NCBI GenBank assembly: GCA_040752695.1
Contig: JBFMGO010000006.1
Location: 1 to 64,000 of the forward strand
Source: a bacterium
GTDB lineage: Bacteria > SZUA-182 > DTGQ01
Direction of reading: 5' to 3'
DNA length: 64,000 bases
This document shows, piece after piece, positions 1 to 9,332 of this stretch. The first letter of the stretch is position 1. Each line of letters starts with the position of its first letter. Position numbers and translations under genes: made by a program. Below the pieces are notes generated by a model. That model made no database searches. It was not told the DNA's origin and was given only the letters and a program-made list of their open reading frames with translations.

Positions 1-496
1 CCCTCGCCTATGGTAAATTCCAAAGGGTCACGCATAACCGAGGAGTCAAATACCGTGCCGTCTTCCAGCCTGGCTGTATAGTGAACCTTTACGGTATCGC
101 CTTCCTTGGCTTTTCCATTTCCTTGAATTTTCTGGTTTGCGAGTGCCATTTTTGCACCTCCTTAGTGTCTGGCTCCCTTTAGGAAGCCCTGAGCTGAGAG
201 AGTGCTTTTCAGATAGTGAAAGCGCACATGAGTACAACGGATGGGCCTGACTTCCATGTCTCGTCATCTTCTCTCCCTCTGCTCCTTATCCCTCCATTTC
301 GATTATGTGCCATCCATTGCTTTGCATCGGACATCTTTTCCTAATAGAGCTATTCTAAAGAGGAGGTTTCAGTCGAGATTTTTCAGATGTGGAATGTTCT
401 ATCAAGACTCCCACACGTGCTTAGATGGCGTGGTCTTAATCCGACCGGTCAGTCTCAGGACAAGTATTTTCAAATGCTGATCGCTCTCAAAGGCCC

Positions 497-2698
497 CTAT
501 AGTGTGCTGGATGCCATGGTCCTAATCCGATCGGCCAGTCTTGTATAGCGTTTTTGGACTTTATCGTTCTTGACAGCTATGGCCAGGGCCTTTCGGGTGC
601 CGATCAGGACAACCAGCTTCCTGGCCCGTGTCACAGCCGTATAGAGTAAATTTCTTTGCAAGAGCATATAGTGCTGTGTCACCACGGGTACGATAACTGC
701 CGGGTACTCGCTTCCCTGGGACTTATGTACCGAGACGGCATAGGCTAAAACCAGCTCTTCAAGCTCCAGAAAATCGTAGGACACCTCGCGTTCGTCAAAA
801 TTCACCCTCACTTCCTGCTCCTCAAGGTCCAGACCGCAGACCCTGCCTATGTCGCCATTAAAAACCTCCTTATCGTAGTTATTGCGAATTTGCATTACCT
901 TGTCGTTCAGTTTGAAGGTTCTTCCCCCTCTGGTCAGCTCCGTGCGGCTGCAATTGAGATGTTTCTGTAACTCGGCATTGAGATTGGCAGCCCCCAAAAG
1001 CCCTTTGTGCATTGGCGTAAGCACCTGGACCTCTGAAACCGGATCAAATCCGAAGCGCAAGGGGATGCGCTCTTTGGCCAACTCGATCGTGCGGGCAAGA
1101 ATTTTTTCCGGTTCTTCATCCTCGACAAAGTAAAAATCAAGAAGTGCCCCTTCCGGTGCCTGAACCACGCTGGGCATCTGCCCCTGGTTGATGCGGTGTG
1201 CATTGACCACGATCAGGCTTTCTCTCGCCTGTCTGAATATCTCATTGAGTTCAACCACCCTGAGGTAGCCCGAATCGATGAGGTCCTTGAGCACATTGCC
1301 CGCGCCCACCGAAGGCAACTGGTGGATATCACCGACCAGGATCAGGGTGGCGTACAGAGGGACCGCTTTCAGGAGATGGTGCATCAAGACCGTATCGATC
1401 ATCGATGCCTCATCCACGATCAGCACATCGGCCTTTAAGGGCGTATCCTCATTCTTCTTGAATGTGCCGCTTTTGGGTTGAAATTCCAGAAGCCGGTGAA
1501 TGGTTTTGGCCTCACGGCCAGTGGTTTCGAACAGGCGTTTGGCTGCCCGGCCTGTGGGAGCGGTCAGCATAATTTCCTTGCCGAGTTTCTCGTATATCCT
1601 GATGATTGCCTTGACAATAGTAGTCTTGCCCGTACCCGGCCCTCCAGTGAGGATCATTACTTTCTCCTCGATAGCTGCTTTTATGGCCTCAATCTGTTTA
1701 TCGGCAAGAGTGATCTTGAGCTGTTCCTGCACCCAATCGATGGCCTTATCGATATCCATAGGCCGCAGGTACTTTGGCATCTTGACCAGGCTTTGCAGAC
1801 GTGCGGCAACGCCTCTTTCGCATACGTGGAATTTGGCGAGATAAACAGCTTTGTTATTTTCACGAAAGTTTTCAAGGTCAAGGTTAAGATCCTCGATCAG
1901 GATCTTTTTCTGATAAGCGGCAGCAGCCAGTGCCTGGACAATGTTCTCCCTGCCGATATCGAGTATTTCCCTGCACTTTTCGATCAACAGCTCATAGGGG
2001 TAGTAGACATGCCCGTCATCGGACATTTCATTCAGAACGTACAGGATTCCGGCCTCGGCCCGCAGAGGCGAGTCTTTGGGTATGCCTACCTTTTCCGCTA
2101 TGCGGTCAGCGGTCAGAAAGCCGATGCCGAAAATATCCGCGGCCAGCCTGTAGGGATTATTCTTGACCACCTGTATGGATTCGGGGCCATACTGCTTGTA
2201 AATCTTGGCGGCATAAGCGGTACTCACACCCTGGTCCTGAAGAAAAATCATGACATTACGGATCTCTTTCTGCTCTTCCCATGCCCTTCGGATCATTTGC
2301 ACGCGGCCCTGGCCAATTCCGGGAACCTCGCTGAGCTGCTCGATCCGGTTCTCGATGATATCGAGTGTCTCAACGCCGAATTTGGCTACCATCCGCTTGG
2401 CCATTACCGGCCCTATACCCTTGATGAGACCGGAACCAAGATACTTCTCAATCCCATGAGCAGTGGCAGGAGTGATTGTTTCATACTGCACCACCCTGAA
2501 CTGGTGCCCGAACTTCGGGTGGTTGACCCACTCGCCAAGGAGTTTGACCATTTCTCCCGGACTTAGGGAGGGAAAATTGCCGATTACGGTTACCAGGTCG
2601 CGATTCCCCGGTACGGAGAGCCTGGCCACCGTGTAACGGTTTTCCTCATTGATGTACGTAATACGCTCAATCTGTCCTTTAATCTGCACGAGAGCCAT
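497..2698 (-). CDS. recD2: ATP-dependent RecD-like DNA helicase (RecD2 family)
   Basis: 733 aa; N-terminal YLGSGLIKGIGP HhH region, Walker A GGPGTGKT, VDEASM, QARES, HKSQGSEY, LLYTAVTRAR motifs. Confidence 0.95.
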   Translation of the reverse strand: MALVQIKGQIERITYINEENRYTVARLSVPGNRDLVTVIGNFPSLSPGEMVKLLGEWVNHPKFGHQFRVVQYETITPATAHGIEKYLGSGLIKGIGPVMAKRMVAKFGVETLDIIENRIEQLSEVPGIGQGRVQMIRRAWEEQKEIRNVMIFLQDQGVSTAYAAKIYKQYGPESIQVVKNNPYRLAADIFGIGFLTADRIAEKVGIPKDSPLRAEAGILYVLNEMSDDGHVYYPYELLIEKCREILDIGRENIVQALAAAAYQKKILIEDLNLDLENFRENNKAVYLAKFHVCERGVAARLQSLVKMPKYLRPMDIDKAIDWVQEQLKITLADKQIEAIKAAIEEKVMILTGGPGTGKTTIVKAIIRIYEKLGKEIMLTAPTGRAAKRLFETTGREAKTIHRLLEFQPKSGTFKKNEDTPLKADVLIVDEASMIDTVLMHHLLKAVPLYATLILVGDIHQLPSVGAGNVLKDLIDSGYLRVVELNEIFRQARESLIVVNAHRINQGQMPSVVQAPEGALLDFYFVEDEEPEKILARTIELAKERIPLRFGFDPVSEVQVLTPMHKGLLGAANLNAELQKHLNCSRTELTRGGRTFKLNDKVMQIRNNYDKEVFNGDIGRVCGLDLEEQEVRVNFDEREVSYDFLELEELVLAYAVSVHKSQGSEYPAVIVPVVTQHYMLLQRNLLYTAVTRARKLVVLIGTRKALAIAVKNDKVQKRYTRLADRIRTMASSTL

Positions 2699-2817
2699 GG
2701 ATTACCATTATCCTGTACGTGATCCTGTACATGCAACACGCTTGCACATCTAAGCTTGCACAACGGCTGCACATTTGCCATTTACCATGAGCGCTATACA
2801 GCAGCACTATACAATAC

Positions 2818-2899
2818 TGTGCAATACAGCAGTATTGTGCAATGCAGCAGCAGTGTGCAATACAGCAACACTATGCTACGCAGCAACATTATGCTATAC
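2818..2899. repeat. 18-bp degenerate tandem repeat (about 4.5 copies)
   Basis: tgtgcaatacagcagtat / tgtgcaatgcagcagcag / tgtgcaatacagcaacac / tatgctacgcagcaacat / tatgctatac. Confidence 0.85.
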
Positions 2900-3168
2900 C
2901 ACTATGCCATGACACTATACTATACGCTTTTAGAATATTTTTTCAATGGGATATTTCCGGGATGCCCGAATGTTTGACGGCTGGCGGCTTGATGGCTGAT
3001 GGCTGCTGAGATTTGGATGCTGGACATAAGAAGTCCTGTGTACTCCTGACTCCTGGGAGAACTTACCGACCATATATTGAGGTCAGACAGAGAAATTATC
3101 TCATATATGATAAAAATGCTCCATCCCCCTTTTAAAAAGGGGATGGGGGGAGTATGAGGAGTATATAT

Positions 3169-3882
3169 ATGAACGATGCATGGAAAAAAATACTTTCTTT
3201 TTATCTGGTGATAGTTATTTGTACCTTCGGAATAAAGACAATGATTGCACGGGCACATACGGATAAGGTCTCTGGCACTGTCAGGGGCGTAGCCAGGAGG
3301 TCCCGTCCTTCGCTCATTGCTCTGGATCTGAACTTTGACGGAAAAGTTGATTTGATTACAACGGGTGAAGATAACGGAACCGTTTGCATTTTCCTTGGCA
3401 AGGGTGACGGCACCTTCAAAGAGGCCACCCAGTATGCGGTTGGAGATGACCCGTCATCAGCCATCGTGGATGATTTCAATTTGGATGGCAAAGTGGATCT
3501 GGCCGTGACCAGCGAGGATGCCGGTACGGTTGCCATTCTTCTTGGCAAGGGTGACGGCACCTTCAAAGAGGCCACCCGGTATGCTGCTGGCGATGATCCC
3601 TCATCAATCGTCGCAGCGGATTTTAACCGGGATACCAAAGCGGATCTGGCTGTGGCCAATGAGGATTCCGGTACTGTCTCCATTTTGCTCGGTAAGGGTG
3701 ACGGCTCCTTCAAAGACGCCACCCAGTATGTGATTGGGGATGAACCTTCTTCGATCATATCGATTGATTTCAATTGGGACGGTAAACTTGATCTGGCCGT
3801 GGCCGATGAAGATTCCGGCTCTATTTCCATTCTTCCTGGCAAAGGGGACGGTACTTTTCAGGATCTGCAAAAAATGAAGTGA
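3169..3882 (+). CDS. Secreted FG-GAP/VCBS repeat protein
   Basis: GAGGAG RBS before ATG 3169; signal-like N-terminus; four D-F/L-N-x-DGKxDL...LGKGDGTF repeats. Confidence 0.85.
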   Translation: MNDAWKKILSFYLVIVICTFGIKTMIARAHTDKVSGTVRGVARRSRPSLIALDLNFDGKVDLITTGEDNGTVCIFLGKGDGTFKEATQYAVGDDPSSAIVDDFNLDGKVDLAVTSEDAGTVAILLGKGDGTFKEATRYAAGDDPSSIVAADFNRDTKADLAVANEDSGTVSILLGKGDGSFKDATQYVIGDEPSSIISIDFNWDGKLDLAVADEDSGSISILPGKGDGTFQDLQKMK

Positions 3883-4095
3883 AGGTTTCAACCCTTTTTT
3901 AGTTTTTCAATCTTGCCTTCATATTTTTCTTACAGACCTGACGATTTTTTTATATAATGAGTAACCAGGGCTTGCTGGCTGGAAGAGAACAGGGAAAAGG
4001 AGCAGGCGACTCGGACGAGGGGAGTGGCATCTAGGCAAGGTGCCTAAAGGTGATTAGTAGTATGGATTCGTAAGCAAGGAGAAAGGAGAAATTGA

Positions 4096-4521
4096 ATGAA
4101 GCGAAAAATGACGGGCAACATTCTCATATTCTTGATAATCGTTCTGGTTTCCGGTTTTCCGGTTGCAGTTGGGGCAGCTTCGGCGCAAAGGCGGAATGCA
4201 ACAGGGACCAGGATCCCTACCGAGGTTGTTATGACCGTACCAGAAGGAGAAAAAAATAAAAAATTCGCTGTTCCATTCCCTCACGCTAAACATAAAGGCA
4301 TAGATTGCACTGTCTGCCATCACAATGCCTACGAGACGCTTATCATGAACAAGTGCTCAGCCGAGGGCTGCCATTTCAATACCAGGCAAAGAGAGGGTAC
4401 CGAATCGTTTTACGCTGCCTTCCACGGCATGTTTGAGCAAAATGACCGAAGCTGCCTGGACTGCCATAAGACACGAGGAAAAGGGCCAACCGCATGCAAG
4501 GATTGTCATAAAAAAAGATAA
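4096..4521 (+). CDS. Periplasmic tetraheme cytochrome c3 (class III)
   Basis: Signal peptide; FPHAKH; heme motifs CTVCHH, CSAEGCH, CLDCH, CKDCH; AAFH distal His. Confidence 0.9.
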   Translation: MKRKMTGNILIFLIIVLVSGFPVAVGAASAQRRNATGTRIPTEVVMTVPEGEKNKKFAVPFPHAKHKGIDCTVCHHNAYETLIMNKCSAEGCHFNTRQREGTESFYAAFHGMFEQNDRSCLDCHKTRGKGPTACKDCHKKR

Positions 4522-4800
4522 GCCGGTCAGCGATGTATCCATTATCGCATAAATTGCTCCCCCCTCTATAATACCGTACCAGCCACAGATGCAGCGAGTT
4601 CGATGATGAATTGGCATTTTCTGGCAGGTAAGCACCATCCCGGCGCATCAAGGTACCATGATCCCGGTAGGTATCAGATCAGGCAGTATGGCAGTCTGTC
4701 GCCTGGCAAGCAGTACAAGGTTCAAGGTAAGGCCAAAGATTCGTTTTGCGCAGCCCGTCACGCTGTCACATGTATTATACACTTTATGGAGGAAATAAAG

Positions 4801-5673
4801 ATGAGGATTGCCCGTTGTCTATTGACAGTTTTGCCGTTGGCTGCTCTGACAGCAGTCATGTCAGGGTGTATGCGACACCGGCACTGTTTGCTGCACTATA
4901 CGTATCCTGAAGGCAACAGCGCCATCTATTTACCGCAGGGCAAGGATATCCTGTTCCAGGTCTCAACGATTGATGCCCTGCTTGGAGGTATCTATGATGG
5001 GGAAGTAACCTGCGAGGAGCTGAAAAAGCATGGCGACTTTGGCATAGGCACTTTCGATGGTCTTGATGGGGAAATGATAGAGATTGAAGGGAATCTGTAT
5101 CAGGTAAGGGCGGACGGAGTGGCCTGCCTTGCCGCTGATTCGACGAAAGTTCCGTTCGCTGCGGTTACTTTCTTTGAGCCTGACGAGGCTATAGCGATCG
5201 ATAAGCCTCTCGATTATAAGCAGTTAGAACACTATCTGGATACTTTGCTGCCAACGAAAAATATCTTCTATGCTATTAAAATAACAGGGGAATACGATTA
5301 CATCAAAACGAGAAGTGTTCCCAGGCAGAATAAGCCTTATCCTCCACTTGTCGAAGTGGTAAAGGATCAGCCGACATTTGAGTTTCGCAAGGTGAAAGGA
5401 ACGGTCGCAGGTTTCCGGTGCCCTGAATATGTGAAAGGAATAAATGTTCCTTCCTATCATCTGCACTTTATAACGGAAGATGGTAAAGCAGGAGGCCATC
5501 TGCTTGCGTGTCGGATCAAGAATGTAAGGGTTGGGATCGATCATACCTCAGCCTTTTATATGGCCCTGCCAGAGGGTGGGGAATTCTACCAGGCGCATCT
5601 GACAAGGGCGAAGGAGCAGGGGCAGGAACAGGAGAAAGAGCAGGAATTGAACAGGGTGGAAAAGGAGCACTAA
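4801..5673 (+). CDS. budA: Alpha-acetolactate decarboxylase with lipoprotein-like signal
   Basis: GGAGG RBS before ATG 4801; QVSTIDALLGGIYDG, HGDFGIGTFDGLDGEM, YHLHF, GGHLL motifs; lipobox-like AVMSGC. Confidence 0.9.
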   Translation: MRIARCLLTVLPLAALTAVMSGCMRHRHCLLHYTYPEGNSAIYLPQGKDILFQVSTIDALLGGIYDGEVTCEELKKHGDFGIGTFDGLDGEMIEIEGNLYQVRADGVACLAADSTKVPFAAVTFFEPDEAIAIDKPLDYKQLEHYLDTLLPTKNIFYAIKITGEYDYIKTRSVPRQNKPYPPLVEVVKDQPTFEFRKVKGTVAGFRCPEYVKGINVPSYHLHFITEDGKAGGHLLACRIKNVRVGIDHTSAFYMALPEGGEFYQAHLTRAKEQGQEQEKEQELNRVEKEH

Positions 5674-6082
5674 TGTCCGGTTGATCTATCCGGCTGCTCA
5701 GGGGCGGTTGCTCTGTCCGGCTCATTCTTTGCACCGGAGAAATCCAAAATAACGATAAGATAAAGCCCTCTTCCGCAGTTCCCCGGATGTCAATATGTTT
5801 CATACAGCAACAAAATTAATCAGACACAGTTGTATTATTTTGACTCTCTCTTCCAAAGAGGCTTTGGTAAGAATCAGCATAGGAGCTGGTCATCGACAGC
5901 CATTTCAGGGTGTATTATTTCAGAACAGCTTGTTAATGAGATTTAGTTTAGCAATATCAATTACTAAAGGGAATATTATAAAACTATTCCACAGATCCGC
6001 CCTCCGAAAACAGCACTCCCTATACCCTCAATATATCCACAATTGTATAATTCATTATTAATTAACAATAAGTTATCTGGCA

Positions 6083-6097
6083 TGGCACTAAAATTGC
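6083..6097 (+). promoter_or_regulatory. Sigma54 (-24/-12) promoter
   Basis: TGGCAC-TAAAA-TTGC matches the consensus; upstream of the PEP-CTERM gene. Confidence 0.75.
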
Positions 6098-6341
6098 GAA
6101 GGGATATATACATCTCTTGTTAAGTTTCAATATCTTGTTGATGGGAGGAAACCAGCAAATCCTTTTACAGCCGCAGATTCCTCCCCTTAGTCTCAGATGG
6201 TATTGCTTTGGCCTGTGCTCTGCCCCGGGGAGGCCGGAGCAAGACGCTCGTGTGGGTATCAATTGGAAATTCGGGTATGATGCGTTTGCATGCATATTCC
6301 GCTCATGGCAAAAAACTGTTTAACTCAAGGGAGAATAACAA

Positions 6342-7061
6342 GTGAAGAATCAAATCGTAAAGAAGCAAATAGAAACAGTAATGGCAATGCTTTTCTTTGT
6401 GTGTATACCGGCTATATTTTTCTTTACCTCTCAGGGACTTGCAATTGTTACTGCTGACTACGGAGATAATCCTGACAGTTATTCGACCCTTAAGAGCTCC
6501 AATGGTCCATTTCATTATTATGGTGAATATGCATGGTTTGGACCTAACTCCCCAGATTATGAAAGCAACGGCCAACCTACGCCAGACTCCACAGGTGATG
6601 ACAGCGCTGCCATTGATGATGAAGATGGCGTAGCCTTTGCGGGAAATACGGTTAGCATTTTAGTCAATGTTGCCGAGGGAGGGGGCATATATTCCAAAAA
6701 CATGCCACTTTACATCGATGGCTGGATCGATTGGGGCAAAGACGGCAATTATTCTTCGCCTGGTGATCATGCCGTATCAGTTGTAACTACGCCGTCCACC
6801 GATTGGGGTGGTGCAGACTCCAAGATTTTTACCTATATCTTTGCACAAGTAATAGATGCTCCCAGCCGGTGGCGGGTGACTTTTGATAATGCAGATGAAA
6901 TTACTATTACAGGCAATCAGGGTCATTCTGATTTCTCCGGTGGCAGATGGTATGGCGAGGTAGAAGATTATAGCCCTGTTCCCGTGCCTTCTGCAGTAAT
7001 TCTTCTGTGCTCCGGTCTTATCGGTCTTGGCGTATTCAGGAAAAAAATGGCACACCTGTAA
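6342..7061 (+). CDS. GEVED-domain protein with VPxP/PEP-CTERM sorting signal
   Basis: DYGD, DDEDGV, GWIDW, YGEVEDY motifs; C-terminal PVPVPSAVILLCSGLIGLGVFRKK (TM plus basic tail). Confidence 0.85.
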   Translation: MKNQIVKKQIETVMAMLFFVCIPAIFFFTSQGLAIVTADYGDNPDSYSTLKSSNGPFHYYGEYAWFGPNSPDYESNGQPTPDSTGDDSAAIDDEDGVAFAGNTVSILVNVAEGGGIYSKNMPLYIDGWIDWGKDGNYSSPGDHAVSVVTTPSTDWGGADSKIFTYIFAQVIDAPSRWRVTFDNADEITITGNQGHSDFSGGRWYGEVEDYSPVPVPSAVILLCSGLIGLGVFRKKMAHL

Positions 7062-7160
7062 TTCCATTCTTCGGCTTGCTGCATAGTGAAATAGTATCAG
7101 GACCTGAGCTGGGTAATTATCGCGATAGATTCTTGAGCAGGACACCAGAGAGGAAAAGTT

Positions 7161-8699
7161 ATGCCATCACTGATGAAAAATGGAATCATGAAGATCGGAA
7201 AGTTTTTCCTGGGAGCCATACTCTCTTCATTCATAACCGCAATAACCATTGGGGTATCTTTCCAAGAAGCGTGGACGTGCTGCGAGCCGGTTTCAAATCT
7301 GCCCACCGTCTCTGCGAGTATGAAACTTTATCCCAGCACTATCAACGCCTTTGACACAATTCTCAGCAATATACCGGACGGCTACACTGTCACCAACGGC
7401 ACGTATCCCGGCTGGTGCGCCGACCAACAGCTTGGCATCAGATTCTTATATACGTACCAGGTGATCCTGCTTTCCAGCTATGATCTTGCCCTGCCCGATT
7501 ACCTGCAAAATTCGGACTGGGATAAGATCAACTATATCATTAATCATAAGCAGGGTACGGTGGATGACATACAGGAGGCCATATGGTACTTTACCGATGA
7601 CATCCTTCCGTCAACTGCCGAGGGTCAGGCTATGGTGGATGATGCACTCATGAATGGGTGGCACTTTTGTCCGGAACCCGGGCAGGTGGCCGCTGTCATC
7701 TGTGCTATTCTCGATGCAGACGGGGAATTCGATACTACCGTTCAGAGCAGCTTTATTGAAGTGACTGTACCCTCCAGTTGCAACGGCTCCATCGGAGACT
7801 TTGTCTGGCAGGATCTGAACAACAATGGTATCCAGGAGGATGATGAGCCTGGCCTTGATGGGGTCACCGTGTATCTGATGGACGACTCCGGCACGATCAT
7901 TGCCACTGCCGTCACCGACATCGGTCCTTCCGGGCAGCATGGCTTTTATCAATTCAGTAACCTTTGTGCCGGGACATACCAGGTCGAGGCAGTGACACCG
8001 GATGGTTTTATTCCCTCCCCATCCAATGCTCCGGGGAGCACTCCCGATGATGACAGCAACGACAGCCCGTCCGTAGTGAGCCTGTCAACCGGTGACAGCA
8101 CAGATCAGACTATTGATTTTGGCTACAGCCAGTTGCCTTTTGATGGCTGCTCGTTAGGTTTCTGGAAGAATCATGTGGCATATTGGAGCCTCACCGGTTT
8201 TAAGACAGCCGATAGTTTCAACGAGGTTTTCGATGTTGAAGCCTTCAGGCCGGATATAACTCTTCTGTGCGCGCTGAATCTTGGTGGCGGCGGATTAAAG
8301 AAACTGGCTCGACAGGGAACCGCTGCCCTTTTGAACTCTTCACATCCTTCAGTAAATTTCCCCCTGAGTACAGCCGAAGTGATCGAAGCTGTCAGGGATG
8401 CGATCGTCAGTGGTGAATACGAACCACTGGCAACACAGCTCGATGATTATAACAATCTCTTTTGCCCCTTCGACGATGATACCTTCGAGGATAATAATTG
8501 CAGCTACCCTCCACGTGAGCGGCGTCTTAAGGGTGACAGACTTCAGCACCAGAGCCACCTGACGGTTAAATGCTGCAAGTTCAGCGGGAAATCACTGAAA
8601 GGGAACAAATATCAGATCAAAGGGAAGAAAATTCAATCCTGTAACTACGTATCTGTTGAGAAAGGCACGGGTAGCGACAAAATGCATAAATGTAAGTAA
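7161..8699 (+). CDS. Secreted adhesin-like protein with SdrD B-like domain and putative thioester domain
   Basis: Signal peptide; SIGDFVWQDLNNNGIQEDDEPGLDGVTVYL...IDFG (SdrD_B-like); WCAD, IQEAIW; C-terminal GCSLGFWKNH domain. Confidence 0.75.
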   Translation: MPSLMKNGIMKIGKFFLGAILSSFITAITIGVSFQEAWTCCEPVSNLPTVSASMKLYPSTINAFDTILSNIPDGYTVTNGTYPGWCADQQLGIRFLYTYQVILLSSYDLALPDYLQNSDWDKINYIINHKQGTVDDIQEAIWYFTDDILPSTAEGQAMVDDALMNGWHFCPEPGQVAAVICAILDADGEFDTTVQSSFIEVTVPSSCNGSIGDFVWQDLNNNGIQEDDEPGLDGVTVYLMDDSGTIIATAVTDIGPSGQHGFYQFSNLCAGTYQVEAVTPDGFIPSPSNAPGSTPDDDSNDSPSVVSLSTGDSTDQTIDFGYSQLPFDGCSLGFWKNHVAYWSLTGFKTADSFNEVFDVEAFRPDITLLCALNLGGGGLKKLARQGTAALLNSSHPSVNFPLSTAEVIEAVRDAIVSGEYEPLATQLDDYNNLFCPFDDDTFEDNNCSYPPRERRLKGDRLQHQSHLTVKCCKFSGKSLKGNKYQIKGKKIQSCNYVSVEKGTGSDKMHKCK

Positions 8700-8891
8700 G
8701 AACAGGTGATCGGGGCGTTCTTCATTTCCTTTGGTTATACCTTGTTTATACCTTCAGCGTTTTGGGGTTAATCTTCCCTGTCTTGGGATTCATCTTCCAT
8801 TTACCTGCCGGGGATAGCGATAAGCTATCCCCTTTTTTGACTTCTCCGTGCCTTCCCGGCAACTCCCTTCTGGAAGTTTGTTTCACCCCTT

Positions 8892-9022
8892 TGTGTCGCA
8901 TGCGACGTCACAGTTCAGGGGAGACCTGTCGCGGCCCTGTTGCCACGAAATCAGCAGAGCAAATTTAATTGGTTGATAATATAAGAGAAAAGTGGTATAG
9001 TACCTCTGGCATATGCCTTGCA
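8892..9022 (+). promoter_or_regulatory. Sigma54 promoter with IHF site and candidate enhancer upstream of dnaK
   Basis: TGGCAT-ATGCC-TTGC at 9007-9021; IHF consensus TATCAA-CCAA-TTA on minus strand at 8966-8978; palindrome GTCGCATGCGAC near 8895. Confidence 0.7.
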
Positions 9023-9150
9023 TATGCATCCAAGATATATGATGTCTCCGATAATTTGATGGAGAGAAAGACTCGTTGCCTGAATTTAACTGCATTGGGT
9101 TTACTGCATCATGGATGCTAACGAAGAGAAGGAACTGACGAGATTTCTCA

Positions 9151-9228
9151 ATAAGGCCGCCATGAGGCGGGCTTTTGCAGATACGATCTGGCGATAAGGC
9201 TGCCATGAGGCGGGCTTATTGCCAGATA
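9151..9228 (+). repeat. Two direct copies of a 24-bp hairpin in the dnaK leader
   Basis: ataaggc(c/t)gccatgaggcgggctt at 9151 and 9194, one mismatch. Confidence 0.85.
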
Positions 9229-9332
9229 GAGTCTCGTTTTGGCAGTATGGCGACGGAAAGCAATGGGGAGTGCAGCGATGGCAGCTCCCTGGAAAAACAA
9301 AAAAGATAATTTTCATAAGGAGGGAGCCAATC

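Noticed and set aside
10..80. c-di-GMP-I riboswitch-like words (ggtaaa...acgcataacc...cagcc)
   Set aside because: P2 stem and GAAA loop could not be formed convincingly; needs an Rfam scan
1478..2566. Long antisense ORFs (also 13820-14572, 17594-18463, 27658-28437, 33844-34695, 61957-62631)
   Set aside because: Shadows of well-supported genes on the opposite strand
2756..2977. Short ORFs over repeat tracts (also 45149-45444, 45547-45828, 60519-60755)
   Set aside because: Open only because of low-complexity repeats; no RBS or protein-like features
8700..9332. CIRCE, HAIR or sigma32 motifs before dnaK
   Set aside because: No match seen
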